64,000 nt of DNA from Takakia lepidozioides (taxonomy: Eukaryota; Plantae; Bryophyta): contig CM060733.1 of the NCBI GenBank assembly GCA_030704615.1, positions 61,876,001 through 61,940,000 of the forward strand, in the 5' to 3' direction. The notes under the pieces were generated by a model, which ran no database searches, had not been told where the DNA came from, and saw only the letters and a list, made by a program, of their open reading frames with translations. This document shows, one piece after another, positions 32,221 to 43,958 of the stretch. The number at the start of each line of letters is the position of its first letter. The stretch's first letter is position 1. The position numbers and the translations under genes were made by a program.

Positions 32221-35200
32221 TCACGGTTTACTGTTTGGGATTACAAACCTTTGTGAGCGAGCACCCTTCTGACGGTGAGAGTCTCGTGAAGGACTCCGTG
32301 TGCGAGCCCGAGTCCTGTCACTAGTTGACAGAGATGATTGAGCACTACCTGGAGATGTCAGTCCCTCCTTTGGCTGATATCGAGGTAATCTCTCAGGCAT
32401 AGGAGACCCCCGTCGCTTCTTCTCGGCCATCTGAATTGCATAGTCCTCTGCCATGTCAAAAGAGTCCGCTGAAGAAACAGTAGTATCAGAATCGTCTTCC
32501 CCCCTGAGGTGTTTTAACGGTCGAACTCTAACTGGAATCCTCTGGGGCATACAATGTGGTCCCACCATGTCTGGAAGTTTAATCTGTAAAACTTGTTGTA
32601 AGCGCTGAATTGCAAAATTGGTGAAGACCCTGAACTCCTTGTCTGTACAGATAAGTGGTGTGCCAATGACTTGAGAACAGTGCAAGTATTTCCATGCCTC
32701 ATGTCCCTTAAAGAAAATATCGTCAGGCCCGAATTTCTGTGTTGACAAATTGTTCCAAGCCAAATGAAACCATGAACGAATTTGAGAATCCTTTTGCAGC
32801 ATAACTTTTGCCTCATATAGGTACATATGAGGTAGCACTGAAGGTAAGACCCAATGATCCCCACTGGAATAACTCAGAAAATGCGATTGCATCTTCTGCT
32901 GCTCAATGTGATAACGTGCCAGAAAACAAGTAGCATAGTATAACCCGCAGCCCATGACAATACTTGCTACCTCCTTGGTCTTGGTATAAATGAATCCATG
33001 TACAACTTGGAAGACAATTAATTCCTTCAACATGGTACTTGCCTCATGCCAGTACCTCGCAAAGTGATGATCCTCAATGGGTCGATTGTTCGGAAGAACC
33101 TTAGTCCTAGTTGCCACTGGCAGCCAAATGCGCATGATCTGGTAATAATGTGCCAACGACTGCGGAGGACTAAATTCCTTCCAAGCCAAATCCAACACAA
33201 TTGGAATTTGGTTGAAGGGCATAATCATAGCCCGACTGTACTCCCGTGCAACAGGAGTTTTAGGTGGGTTAAAAGCAGCATCCCCCCATACCTCAGGTTG
33301 TGGCGGCTGTGGTGTGGCTGTAGTAACAACAGGGTCAGCTGCTGGCACAGTCACTTCTTGTGGTATTGGTAGCACTGGCTCTTGTACCACTGGCATCTCC
33401 TGCACCCCCTGTGAAGAAGACTGAAAAACTAAAGTTCTGGCTTGTAAATAAGAAGCCATTAGCTGCTCCTCAGGTACAAAGACTCTCTTGTCAATATTTG
33501 ATGTCAGGTCCTCCACCTGAGTCTGCAGGCCATCTACATCCTCTTGTAACTCCGCTATCCTACTATGGACATTGTCTATAGTAGTTGTGGCAATGTTCTG
33601 CACCTGCAGTCTGAGTTCATTCATCTCGCCTTGGTTGAGCTTTCGTGGTGCTTTGCCTTCCACTGGTCCTTGTGCTAACCAGACTTGCATAAGGTGGTTA
33701 TCCACCAAGTTGCATGTGGCACCCCTGAGAGTCTGCTCCTCTGTGAGCCTGTACACATCTATCTGCTGCTGTAAACCCTCCATGCGCTTTGCATGAGGAT
33801 CAACCAAACTTGCATAGGCAGCAGCCAGATTATTGGCTTCCTTCCAAGCCTTGTTAGCCACAGAGAGTTCGTTTCTCTTTACCATGACCGTTTGTTGCAA
33901 TTCCAGGATGTACCTCTCTTGGTCAGCTTCAACCTGTCTATATTGATTGAAAGTATTCTCATTGCGATAGATTGTATTCTTCATATCGACAATGAGTTTC
34001 GCCTACTCGACATTCTCTACCTCTGCCTTCGTACATCTTTCCGCTTGACTGTTAACTTCTATTGTAGCTTGCTCAAGCGTAGTTGTGAGTGTAGCACATT
34101 GTATGACCATCCTCTCATGTATTGTCTGCAACTCCATATGTAGTGCATTCACTTCTTGCAACTTGCTCTCATGTTTCACCTGCATTTGGTATAGCTGTTG
34201 CTTATGTGCTTCGTGCAACTGGTCCTGCGCGAGGCCTGCTTCAATCAAATGTTCCTTGACCAACTGCAAAGCAGCTGTTGTATCCTCTAACTCTTGCTGT
34301 AACTTGAGAGTGACCTCCTCATCGACCTTGTTTGCACACTCAGTGGCAAGTCGAGCCTCAAACTCCTTCCTGAGTTCCTCCCTCAAAGCTGCCGATTGGG
34401 TAGATGGAACATGGGATTTCACATAAGTGCCCAACAAATTAAGTGTCCTGCTTATGGAACTCATAAGCATGGCCTGCTGAGGGTCATCATGGTGAGTTTT
34501 CTGCTGTTCTCCCTGATCCTAAACAGTGTGATGCCTCACGAACCATTCAGGCCATTGCCCCACCAGATTTTCATCCTGAACCACCTCATCCACCACAGGT
34601 GCTGTAGTGTCTTGATATTCTCCCCCTGGTACCTCCGTCATAGGTGTGGTTATTACATGCACAGCAGGGTTTCCCTTGGACAATCGCTGCACCTCTGGAA
34701 TCACTGTTTCCCTTATTAAGCTAGAATTTTCATAGAGAAGGTCACCCTTCTCAATTTCGGCCATGACCTGCTCTGTAGTGGGAATGTCCAATCTTTCTCC
34801 TTCCTGAGCAATTGGGGGTGATGCCACAGCATATACTAACTGTGGAACCTCTAAAACAACAAAGTCAATTGGTTGTGGTGGCTGTGACATCGAAGTGACT
34901 TCCTCTTCCCTCTCTGAAGGCCCTGCTTCCAATAATAGCAACTCTCTGTGCTGCTGTGCCCCATCCTGCACAAGAGCTTGGGAAACATTATCGTGTGGTT
35001 TCCGTGAAGCTAGTGGATCCGCCACTATAGTCTTACCCCGCCTCTATCTCTTAGACTGGTGTTGCGCTTCCAGTCTACCCTCACTGTGTGAAGAGTCTTG
35101 CTCTTCAATTGCAGTGGTTTCTGTTTCAAACACTCCTATCTCTTTTCTTTCCCGAGTATCAAGTATGCAAGAATCAAGAATTATTTGAGCAATGATTGGA

Positions 35201-35784
35201 CCAGACACAATGATCGGAGACTTTGGAGTAGTGCCCTGTAACCTCTTCATCTCGTCCACCAATCCGTTGTACATTAACTCCGCCCAAGCGACATCCTCTC
35301 CCCTCAAAGCTTTCAGGATCTCCTCTGTGAAGGACCTGCTCAAATACTGTTGGTTCTGTTTCATGGCAAACAGAACGTTCAAGATTTGGCCAACCTCCCT
35401 AAGCCCTGGGTACTCGGCTTTGGTACAAGCAAAACCTTGAGTTTTAAATAAACTCCCTTCTTGGAACAAATTCCCTATCTGCAATCTTGCCCTGTGCTCA
35501 TCCACCTCCACATGTCCTGATGGCAAATCAAACAATTGTTGCAGGTACTGGGGAGTAATTTCTATATCTACTCCCCTCACCTGAGTAACTCATGTCCGAG
35601 GCTCAAAGTTTTGAAGAAATTGTATCATGAACTGCCGATGATGCAAGGACCAGTCCTTGCGTAGCAATCCCTCCAATCGCAGCTCCTTCAGTAGCTGCAC
35701 CGCCTGTGGTGCAGCGATTGTTTGCTTCTGTAAGATTGTGGTGCTTTTCACCCTGATATCTTCCATTCCTCTCACTCTCTTCAT
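32221..35784 (-). pseudogene. R1c extra 3' ORF (env-position protein of >1100 codons, broken into pieces)
   Basis: Successive ORFs 35590-35784, 35044-35580, 34519-35025, 34003-34470 and 32221-33984 are collinear with the R1a pieces. Includes a long coiled-coil-like E/Q/L region. Confidence 0.75.
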
Positions 35785-36516
35785 TCTGGACAAACAGACA
35801 GGTTTTGGTTGCAACAACTGTAGAAACGCCTGCAGGGCACAAAGCATAAAAGTATGGTTGGCGCAGAATGAAATGGGTAAGTGCTTGTAAGCCTGTGGGG
35901 CTTGCAAGTAGCAATTTAGAGAAAATGTACTCTCCGTTCGTCTGTCCTTGTGCCACTGCGTAAGTAGTAAGGCGAGCGTGTAGTCTGTTATTTCCGCCAT
36001 AGCTTCAAAGTTATAGCTTTGATTGTTTCTCCTGACGAGACGCCCGTTACTTGGAACGACGCCGACTCTTGCGCTCAGAATCCCTCCAATTTCTTGATTT
36101 CGCTTCTTGGAAATTACCCTCTGCAGGTAATTCTGGCTCATGATTGGCTGTTGGCTGTGTGATTTGTTTTGTAATTTAATTTCCTTCCATGGTTTTTCCC
36201 CCCTAGACTGTCCACTAGGATAGCACATGTGACCTGGATTTTGCTTTTCGGTACTTGTAAAGGGTTCCGTTATCCGTTCCCTGTATGCATTAATGGCCCC
36301 ATAATAAGTTAATGTGTCGGGTAGGTACTTTGACGGCCAATTTTGTCTTCTTTCTTGATGACACTCGCTTTTGCAATCCATGTTCGGCTGTGTGTCTCGC
36401 CCTGGCGTCCACGTGTCCATTTCTAAACCTGCCTCCGGCCACTTTTCCGTCGGCCATTCTTCGGATGTTAACCCACATCCATCTGTCACTGATCCTATGG
36501 ACTGTGTAACCCTGGT

Positions 36517-36757
36517 AGGCTGTGTTGAGCTGTGACAAGCTGTGTCATACTGTGGTATGCTGTGATAGGCTGTGTGGCACTGTGGTAAGTTGTGATAGGC
36601 TGTGTCGCGCCGTGATGGGCTTTGATAGGCTGTGTCGCGCTGTGATGGGCTGAGATAGGCCGTGTCGCGCCGTGATGGGCTGTGATAGGCTGTGTCGCGC
36701 CGTGATGGGCTGTGATAGGCTGTGTCGCGCTGTGTTGGGCTATGATAGGCTGTGTTG
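36517..36757 (-). repeat. 30-bp VNTR (ACACAGCCTATCACAGCCCATCACGGCGCG-like) between pol and the extra ORF
   Basis: About 8 units here, about 8 at 52320-52560 and about 2-3 at 12985-13060. Translates as TAYHSPSRRD repeats. Confidence 0.9.
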
Positions 36758-36889
36758 CGCTGGTACTGCCCGCCCTGGTCATATACACTCGGCCTAGCGA
36801 CAAGTGCTCCATACCCCGTTGGTATCACTGGCGCAGCCCGTGACTGCTTCTGCGTTTCAACATGCAAATCATGCTGCAATGGTTTGTCA

Positions 36890-37514
36890 TGGATACCACT
36901 GTACCCCTTCAACTTATTGGCATTGACTCTTCCCAGCATCTCTTTGTTAATGGTTTGTAACATGGCGGTGTTGTTATCATACATCTTCTATATGACATAA
37001 GGTCTTTTCCATGGTGATTTAAGCTTAGAAGCTTTAATCTTTCCATTCTTCTGCAACCAGAGAACCAAATCTCCCGTCTTAAAAGTCTTTAACTTGCCTT
37101 CATCAAACTGGTCCTTCCTCTTCATCTGAATTCTGGTCATGTTATCAGCTGCATCAGCACGTACTTCTTCCACATGGTATAATTCATGTTTCCTGACCTT
37201 AATTGAATCTTGCAATTCCATTCTCTTTCCCCATTCCATTCTCATGGTAGGTAACAGGAATTCCACTAGAATAAAGCTTCCATACCATAAACTCATTGGA
37301 ATGGTGTATACTTAGTGGTGACTTTATATGAAGTCCTGTATGACCACAAAGCTGTCAGCAGCTTTGTATCCCAATCCGTTCTGTTTGCATTGACTATCTT
37401 AGCCAAGATAGTACATAGTAATTTGTTGGTAGCCTCTGCCTGCCCATTACCCTGTGGGTAATACGTTGTACTCTTCATATGCACAATCATGAACTCTTTA
37501 GTCAATAGTTCAAT
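36890..37514 (-). pseudogene. pol: R1c integrase C-terminal part
   Basis: IELLTKEFMIVH..STTYYPQGNGQAE...LKSPWKRPY. Continues from 43959 once R3 is removed. Confidence 0.88.
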
Positions 37515-38242
37515 TGTCGCGCACCTCACTTCGGTAAGCTCCCCCCTCAAGTCATAGTTACTTGCTTTGATGCGCGCGCCTGACTCCCAACCTGGCCGCC
37601 GGGCCAACTTGGAGCTTTGGCTGCTCACCGGGGCATAACGGTCCCCCTTTGTTCTCCCAAAGAACCCTCCACCGATTTGGAACCAGCGGGAATTCCCTTT
37701 GGTAGTTGGCAGTCCGGAACAGCTCCCCACTCTTTGGTCGCTTTCCGGCTCGCTCGCTTACTCACTAGTTTTTGGTCACCAACGGGCTTGCACCGTTCTC
37801 GGGGTTACTACTCCCTATATATACTTCTGTAGCTGTCCGCGGGGGTTTCACAACCAGCCATGCCATTTTATGGCGAACCACCACGAAAACCCTCGACTCC
37901 CGGTGATGAGTCGCGGTGAGTCTTGGCCCACTCACCACGGCCCCTATGGACCGTGATGAGTCCCAAGACTCCCCACGACTCCCACCACGAGGTCTCCGCC
38001 CCCATGGTGAGTCCTATGCCACCCCCACTAAGTCCCGCTAAGCTACCACCACCCCTTGTGGAGCCACCCCCACCGCAACCCGGTGTGTGGGGCTCCACCT
38101 AGTGAGCGCCTCCGCCTCCTTGAGTGCCTTGGGCACTCAAGGGTGCTTCAGCTCCCCATACCTATCGCTGCCGCTGCCCCCACCACAGGGGCAGCCCCTC
38201 ATGTGTCCCGACCCCCTGCCCTCAAGGCAAAGGGCCGCGACA
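37515..38242 (-). repeat. R3 3' LTR
   Basis: Near-identical to 43234-43953. Confidence 0.95.
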
Positions 38243-39148
38243 CACACCCCTACAAACAGGGAGTCGATGTCCTCATCGACTTGTCCATTTTGTAGAAACA
38301 AACATCCAAGTTGTGGCGTCCCACATCAAGGAGTTTGTTTCCGTACCATGGCGTCCCATGGCAAAGAACCAAACCCCACACTTGACTCTACTCTCCACTA
38401 GCTAGTTCGGCCGACTTCCTCCAAGTCCCGGCCAGGGGTGGAGCCTCTCAAGCTCCTCCCAGTGCACTCTTCTTGGCCTTCTTCAGGGTCAAGGAACGAT
38501 CCTCCCCGAGGATCGAATCGCCTTACTGCAACAACATTGCTTGCGATCGCTCCTGATGCCGCTTTTGGCATCACTTTGCGCAAGGGTTCACCTCGAACCC
38601 CCTTTGACTAGGAAGATAACCTTGAACCAACCGTGCACCCCAATCACTACAATTGGGTCCGTCTTGGAATGCTGGCCTGAGGTACGGGAACACGTCGAAG
38701 CTGCACTACGACTTCGTCCCGAGGCTACACGATTATAGTACGTGAACGGAAGCACATAGCTTCCGCGTTAGCCCGCACTACAAGGCAACCACCTCGGTAG
38801 CGCAGTTATAGTACGCGCACGCGCCAGGTGCGCACTAGCACGTGAACTCCCAAAGAAGGCGCATGTTTCCTTGCCCCTTGGATGGGAGTCACCCGATTTC
38901 GGCACTGCGTAAACACACGATTAACCCAAGTTACCTCTCCCACTTTTGTAAGCTAGCATGCATTCTACACACTAACCAAACACACCATGCATCACCATTC
39001 CAAACAAAATATGACACACAACATTTGGAACCCATTTCCTTTATAACAAATTTTTGTACAATACAAGTTTTTGCAATCGGATTCCTGAGCTAGCTAAGCC
39101 GGGCTAAGCATGCATTTCCTCCCCCACGCTCCAAGGTTGATGTCCCCA

Positions 39149-40213
39149 TCAACGCTTCTTCCGCTTTTGAGGTCGCCCTTCGAAAACTGCAACCGCCTCG
39201 GATGCGTTTCCCATTTTTGAGGCACGCACCCAAGATGCCTCCACATGATGATAGCCCTTCCATTTGACGAGATACTCCGTTTCTCGGTTCTTGAACCTCC
39301 TCGACTTAAGTACTGCCTCCACCTCGTACTCGTGATCCAACAGCACAGGTGGCGGACGCAACACTTGATGCCGATTCGGACGCGCTTCATCTTTGAAGTA
39401 AGGCTTCAAAAAGGAGACGTGAAATACTAGATGCACCTTGCTGTTTTCCGGCAGCTCCAATTCATACACATCCTCATTCATAACCTTTCGGATGCGAAAG
39501 GGTCCCGCATACGGAGGTACGAACTTTGAACTCACTTCCGGATGTAGTCGGAAATTCTTGATGTTCAACCAGACCTCCGTGCCTGCCTCAAACTTCACTT
39601 CCCTCCGCTTCCGATTCACCTGCCTTTCATACCGTTTCCTAGCTTTGGCAATGTTGTACTTTGCGAGCTTCAACAAACGCTCGCGTTCTTCTATTACCGC
39701 CGCTACTGCCGGTTCCTCAACGTCCTGGGCGGCCCAACTTGTCGGCACCAGAGGTGCTTTTCCATAGACCAATACAAAAGGGGAAACTCCCGTTGCGGAG
39801 TGTTATGTGTTATTATAACATAACTCTGCCGCGTCTAAGTGTTCCACCCAGTCTGTTTGGTCTGCCGACACGTAATTCCGCAAGATCTGCTTCACTACGG
39901 AATTCACTCTTTATGTTTGGCCGTCGGTTGTAGGTCGGAAGGCGGTGCTCATCTTCAGCCTCGTCCCCATCTTCTTCCAAAGTGCCCTCCAAAATTTACT
40001 CGTAAACTTTGGATCGCGGTCCGAGACAATATCATTTGGGACTCCATGATGCTTGAAGACGTGGGCGAAGTAAAGTCACCCTGTTTCCTGCGCCGTTGCC
40101 GTCTCCTTGGTGGGGATGAAATGACCCATTTTACTGAACCTATCCACCACCACCATGATTGCATCGAATCCTTTTGACAGCGGCATAGCAGTCATGAAAT
40201 CCATCGAGACGCT
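39149..40213 (-). pseudogene. pol: R3 integrase core plus chromodomain (zinc finger deleted, stops present)
   Basis: [26 protein letters not shown], and chromodomain YEVEAVL..RR....EYLVKWKGY...EASW. Confidence 0.9.
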
Positions 40214-41489
40214 TGGGCTGCCTGGCAAAATACTTCACCGTGACATTGTCCGTGAACACCTTCACTGGGTTGGAACCAACATAGTGGCGCCAAAGCTCAA
40301 GACAGTGCACCACCGCCTTCATCTCTTTCTCGTGCGTCGGCCACTGTCGCTCCACTTCATTCAGTTTCTTACTTTCGTAAGCCACTGGACGTCCATCTTG
40401 CATCAGTACACCCCCAATCGCGAAGTCCGACGCATCTGTATGTATCTCGAACGGACGATCGAACTCCGGGATTTTCAAGACTGGAGCTTCCGCCATCTGC
40501 TGCTTCAATTCAGCAAAAGCTTGGCCACACCAGGTGTTCCATACCCAGACTTTGGATTTACACAGAAGGTCTGACAACGGCCTCGCGATCTTGGCGAAAT
40601 TTCTCACATACTTCCGGTAATAGGAGGCGAGTCCTAGGAAGGATCGCACTCCCGGGACCGAAGTCGGAGGCTCCCAGTCCAAGATCGCCCTCACCTTTCT
40701 GTCATCCATTTTGATCCCATCCTGTGTAATCACATGCCCCAGGAACTCCACTTTTGTGACCCCGAATTCGCACTTTGAAGCTTTGGCATACAGCTTCCCT
40801 TCTCGCAATTTTTGGAACACCCTTTTTAGGTGCTCCAGGTGCTCCTCCTTTGTTTTTGAGTACACCAAGATGTCGTCGATGTACACGATCACAAAGTCAT
40901 CCAACCACTCCTGAAAAAGGCTGTTCATCAGCGTGCTAAATGTCGCTGGTGCATTGGTGAGCCCAAAATGCATCACCAAGAACTCATATGAACCATACCT
41001 TGTCCTGCACGCGGTCTTCTCCTCATCTCCTTCCGCCACCCGAATTTGATGATAGCCGGAGTGCAAGTCGATCCGGCTGAAATACTTCGCTCCTGCCAAC
41101 TGGTCGAAAAGGTCGTCGATCCTTGGCAAAGGGTACCGGTTTTTAATAGTCACCTTATTCAAAGCCCTGTAATCGACACACATCCGCAGCGTCCCATCCT
41201 TCTTGTCTGCGAATAGCACCGGGGCTCCGTAAGGTGACTTACTCGGCCGGATGTACCCCTTTGACATTAGATCTTTGAGCTGAGTCTTCAGCTCGACCAA
41301 CTCTCCGTGGCTCAACCGGTAGGGCGCCTTGGCAGGCGGTTCCGATCCCGGTATCACCTCAATCTTGTGGTCAACTCCTCTTCGCGGTGGCAAGCCGCTT
41401 GGTAAATCCTCCGGCATCACATCCTGGTATCTCTCCAAAATCCCCTTGATCCAATCTGGGCTCGGCTCCCCATCGCCTTCTCCCTTCAC
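40214..41489 (-). CDS. pol: R3 reverse transcriptase and RNase H (3' end lost in the deletion)
   Basis: [52 protein letters not shown]. Confidence 0.92.
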
Positions 41490-41504
41490 TTCTCTAATGT
41501 AAAG

Positions 41505-43178
41505 CTAAAATTGGGGCTCGTGTGCCTCCTCCACGGCCCACTCCCTTGCTGACAGAAGGTTTATTCGCCCTCCCACGGATTTGGGCGTTTCCGACACTCG
41601 TAAGACCTCGCCACCATTCCCACATGGCAGCGTGACTACTCTCTTGCGGCCATCTATGACCGCTCCGGATTTGCTCAAAAAGGTCATCCCCAAAATGAGA
41701 TCCACTCCATCGATCTCACATATGGTGAAGTTCTCACGTCCCTCCCAACTCCCCAGTTGAAGAGGAACATCAAACGCCAACCTTGTCGCCAACTGTGGTT
41801 CTCCTTTGGCAGAACGCACCTCAATAGAGGCCCCCACGTCACTTGTCGGGAGTCCCAACTTTTGCGCCGCCGCCGGCGTCATGAAGGAGTGCGACGCTCC
41901 TGTGTCCACCAACAACGACACGTTAGTTCCGGATATTATCCCATCCACGAACAATAACTGACTCCCTTTACGCAGGGCGCCAGTTTCCTGATACAACTCA
42001 CAAGAATAGTTGCCTACCTTGCAAGTCTTGGCGACCACCGCTTCCACCAAGCGACTGATGGTATCTTCCGACAGCTCCGTGGTTGCTCGAGTCATGTTCA
42101 ATTGTCGAGGTTTCGTGCACTTCTTGGCCATGTGCCCGGGTTCCCCGCAATTGAAACACAGTCCATCAAAGGTCGCCTTCTGTCCGCCATAAGCCGCTCC
42201 ACCCGCTTTTCCTTTCAAAGCACCGGGTGCCGCCTTGACGTGTGAAGGCCCTCCCTTCGATTTCCACATGCCATTGTCGCCGCATGGCCTATCCCACTTC
42301 TTTCCTGGTCGGAAGGAGTCACCTTCCCGCCGGGTCTTCTTGTGGTTCAGCTCGGTACGGCCTTGTCTCTCACCCCTAGGGACATCCGAGAAACATTCAG
42401 CCCTCTCAATTGCCTCGTGCAAAGTCTTGGGTGGCTTCTCCTCCAACTTCCGTCTGGCCCATGGGGCCAGTCCCGCCACAAAGTTGAAGACCATTTCTGG
42501 TTTTGCCATGTCCGCGACTTCGAGCAACAGCACATTGAAAGCCTGGACATACCCCCGAATGTCATCTGTTTGCTTCAAATTCCTCATCTTGTCCCGGGCA
42601 AGCCATGACGCATTGAGGGGCACAAACTGTCTCTTCATCAATTCCTTGAACCCACTCCAGTTCAAGGTTTCCGGGCTTGGACCTCGGTCGTGAAGGCGTT
42701 TCTTCCACCATTGTTGAGCATAGCCCCTCAAATAGGTGGGAGCCACTTCCACCCGATCCTCGTCACTCAACTTGGCCGCCCGGAAGTACTGCTCTAGCTC
42801 CAGGAGCCAGGTGTTGAGTGCCTTCCGATTTTGGACGCCCTCGAAGGTGCCGGGTTCCTTAGGCTTCACCTTAAACTTTGCCTTAGTGGAAGTGGCATTA
42901 GCCACCTTCAACACGTCTTTCAACGTCCTGCCAAACTGCGCCAACAACCTTTCCCAAAAGGCTGCCGGCATGGGAGGCATCTCTTGGTTTGTCGGAGCTC
43001 TCAAGGATTCTTCGGGCTCCGACTCCTCGGATTCCTCCCGCTCTTGAGCGGCCTCGTTTTCGGAAACATGCATCGCTTCCTCAAATGGCCGCCTCGGTGA
43101 CACGTCGCCCCCATCGGGCTCACCAGGATCATCATCTTTTGGGCCATTCCGCTTTCGCTTTGGCTTGCCCGACCCCAT
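41505..43178 (-). CDS. gag: R3 gag-protease
   Basis: Retrotrans_gag-like region, zinc knuckle CFNCGEPGHMAKKC, protease LVDTGASHSF...LILGMTFL. Confidence 0.9.
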   Translation of the reverse strand: MGSGKPKRKRNGPKDDDPGEPDGGDVSPRRPFEEAMHVSENEAAQEREESEESEPEESLRAPTNQEMPPMPAAFWERLLAQFGRTLKDVLKVANATSTKAKFKVKPKEPGTFEGVQNRKALNTWLLELEQYFRAAKLSDEDRVEVAPTYLRGYAQQWWKKRLHDRGPSPETLNWSGFKELMKRQFVPLNASWLARDKMRNLKQTDDIRGYVQAFNVLLLEVADMAKPEMVFNFVAGLAPWARRKLEEKPPKTLHEAIERAECFSDVPRGERQGRTELNHKKTRREGDSFRPGKKWDRPCGDNGMWKSKGGPSHVKAAPGALKGKAGGAAYGGQKATFDGLCFNCGEPGHMAKKCTKPRQLNMTRATTELSEDTISRLVEAVVAKTCKVGNYSCELYQETGALRKGSQLLFVDGIISGTNVSLLVDTGASHSFMTPAAAQKLGLPTSDVGASIEVRSAKGEPQLATRLAFDVPLQLGSWEGRENFTICEIDGVDLILGMTFLSKSGAVIDGRKRVVTLPCGNGGEVLRVSETPKSVGGRINLLSAREWAVEEAHEPQF

Positions 43179-43233
43179 GATGAGGCCAATCCCAAGGACG
43201 ATCACGTACTGAACTCTAAGCTTTGATACCAAG

Positions 43234-43953
43234 TGTCGCGCACCTCACTTCGGTAAGCTCCCCCCTCAAGTCATAGTTACTTGCTTTGATGCGCGCGCCT
43301 GATTCCCAACCTGGCCACCGGGCCAACTTGGAGCTTCGGCTGCTCACCGGGGCATAACGGTCCCCCTTTGTTCTCCCAAAGAACCCTCCACCAATTTGGA
43401 ACCAGCGGGAATTCCCTTTGGTAGTTGGCAGTCCGGAACAGCTCCCCACTCTTTGGTCGCTTTCCGGCTCGCTCGCTTACTCACTAGTTTTTGGTCACCA
43501 ACGGGCTTGCACCGTTCTCGGGGTTACTACTCCCTATATATACTTCTGTAGCTGTCCGCGGGGGTTTCACAACCAGCCATGCCATTTTATGGCGAACCAC
43601 CACGAAAACCCTCGACTCCCGGTGATGAGTCGCGGTGAGTCTTGGCCCACTCACCACGGCCCCTATGGACCGTGATGAGTCCCAAGACTCCCCACGACTC
43701 CCACCACGAGGTCTCCGCCCCCATGGTGAGTCCTATGCCACCCCCACTAAGTCCCGCTAAGCTACCACCACCCCTTGTGGAGCCACCCCCACCGCAACCC
43801 GGTGTGTGGGGCTCCACCTAGTGAGCGCCTCCGCCTCCTTGAGTGCCTTGGGCACTCAAGGGTGCTTCAGCTCCCCATACCTAGCTGCCCCCACCACAGG
43901 GGCAGCCCCTCATGTGTCCCGACCCCCTGCCCTCAAGGCACAGGGCCGCGACA
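43234..43953 (-). repeat. R3 5' LTR
   Basis: Followed on the minus strand by the iMet PBS. Confidence 0.95.
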
Positions 43954-43958
43954 TCAAT

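Larger units (their letters stand above)
37515..43953 (-). mobile_element. R3: chromovirus (Galadriel/Tcn1-like) LTR retrotransposon with an internal deletion
   Basis: LTRs 37515-38242 and 43234-43953 (TGTCGC...GCGACA), TSD TCAAT at 37510-37514 and 43954-43958, PBS TGGTATCAAAGC at ~43220-43231. Confidence 0.95.

Noticed and set aside
41490-41507. Programmed stop readthrough in R3
   Set aside because: A single in-frame TAG after the protease in a copy that has other lesions; simple mutation is sufficient.
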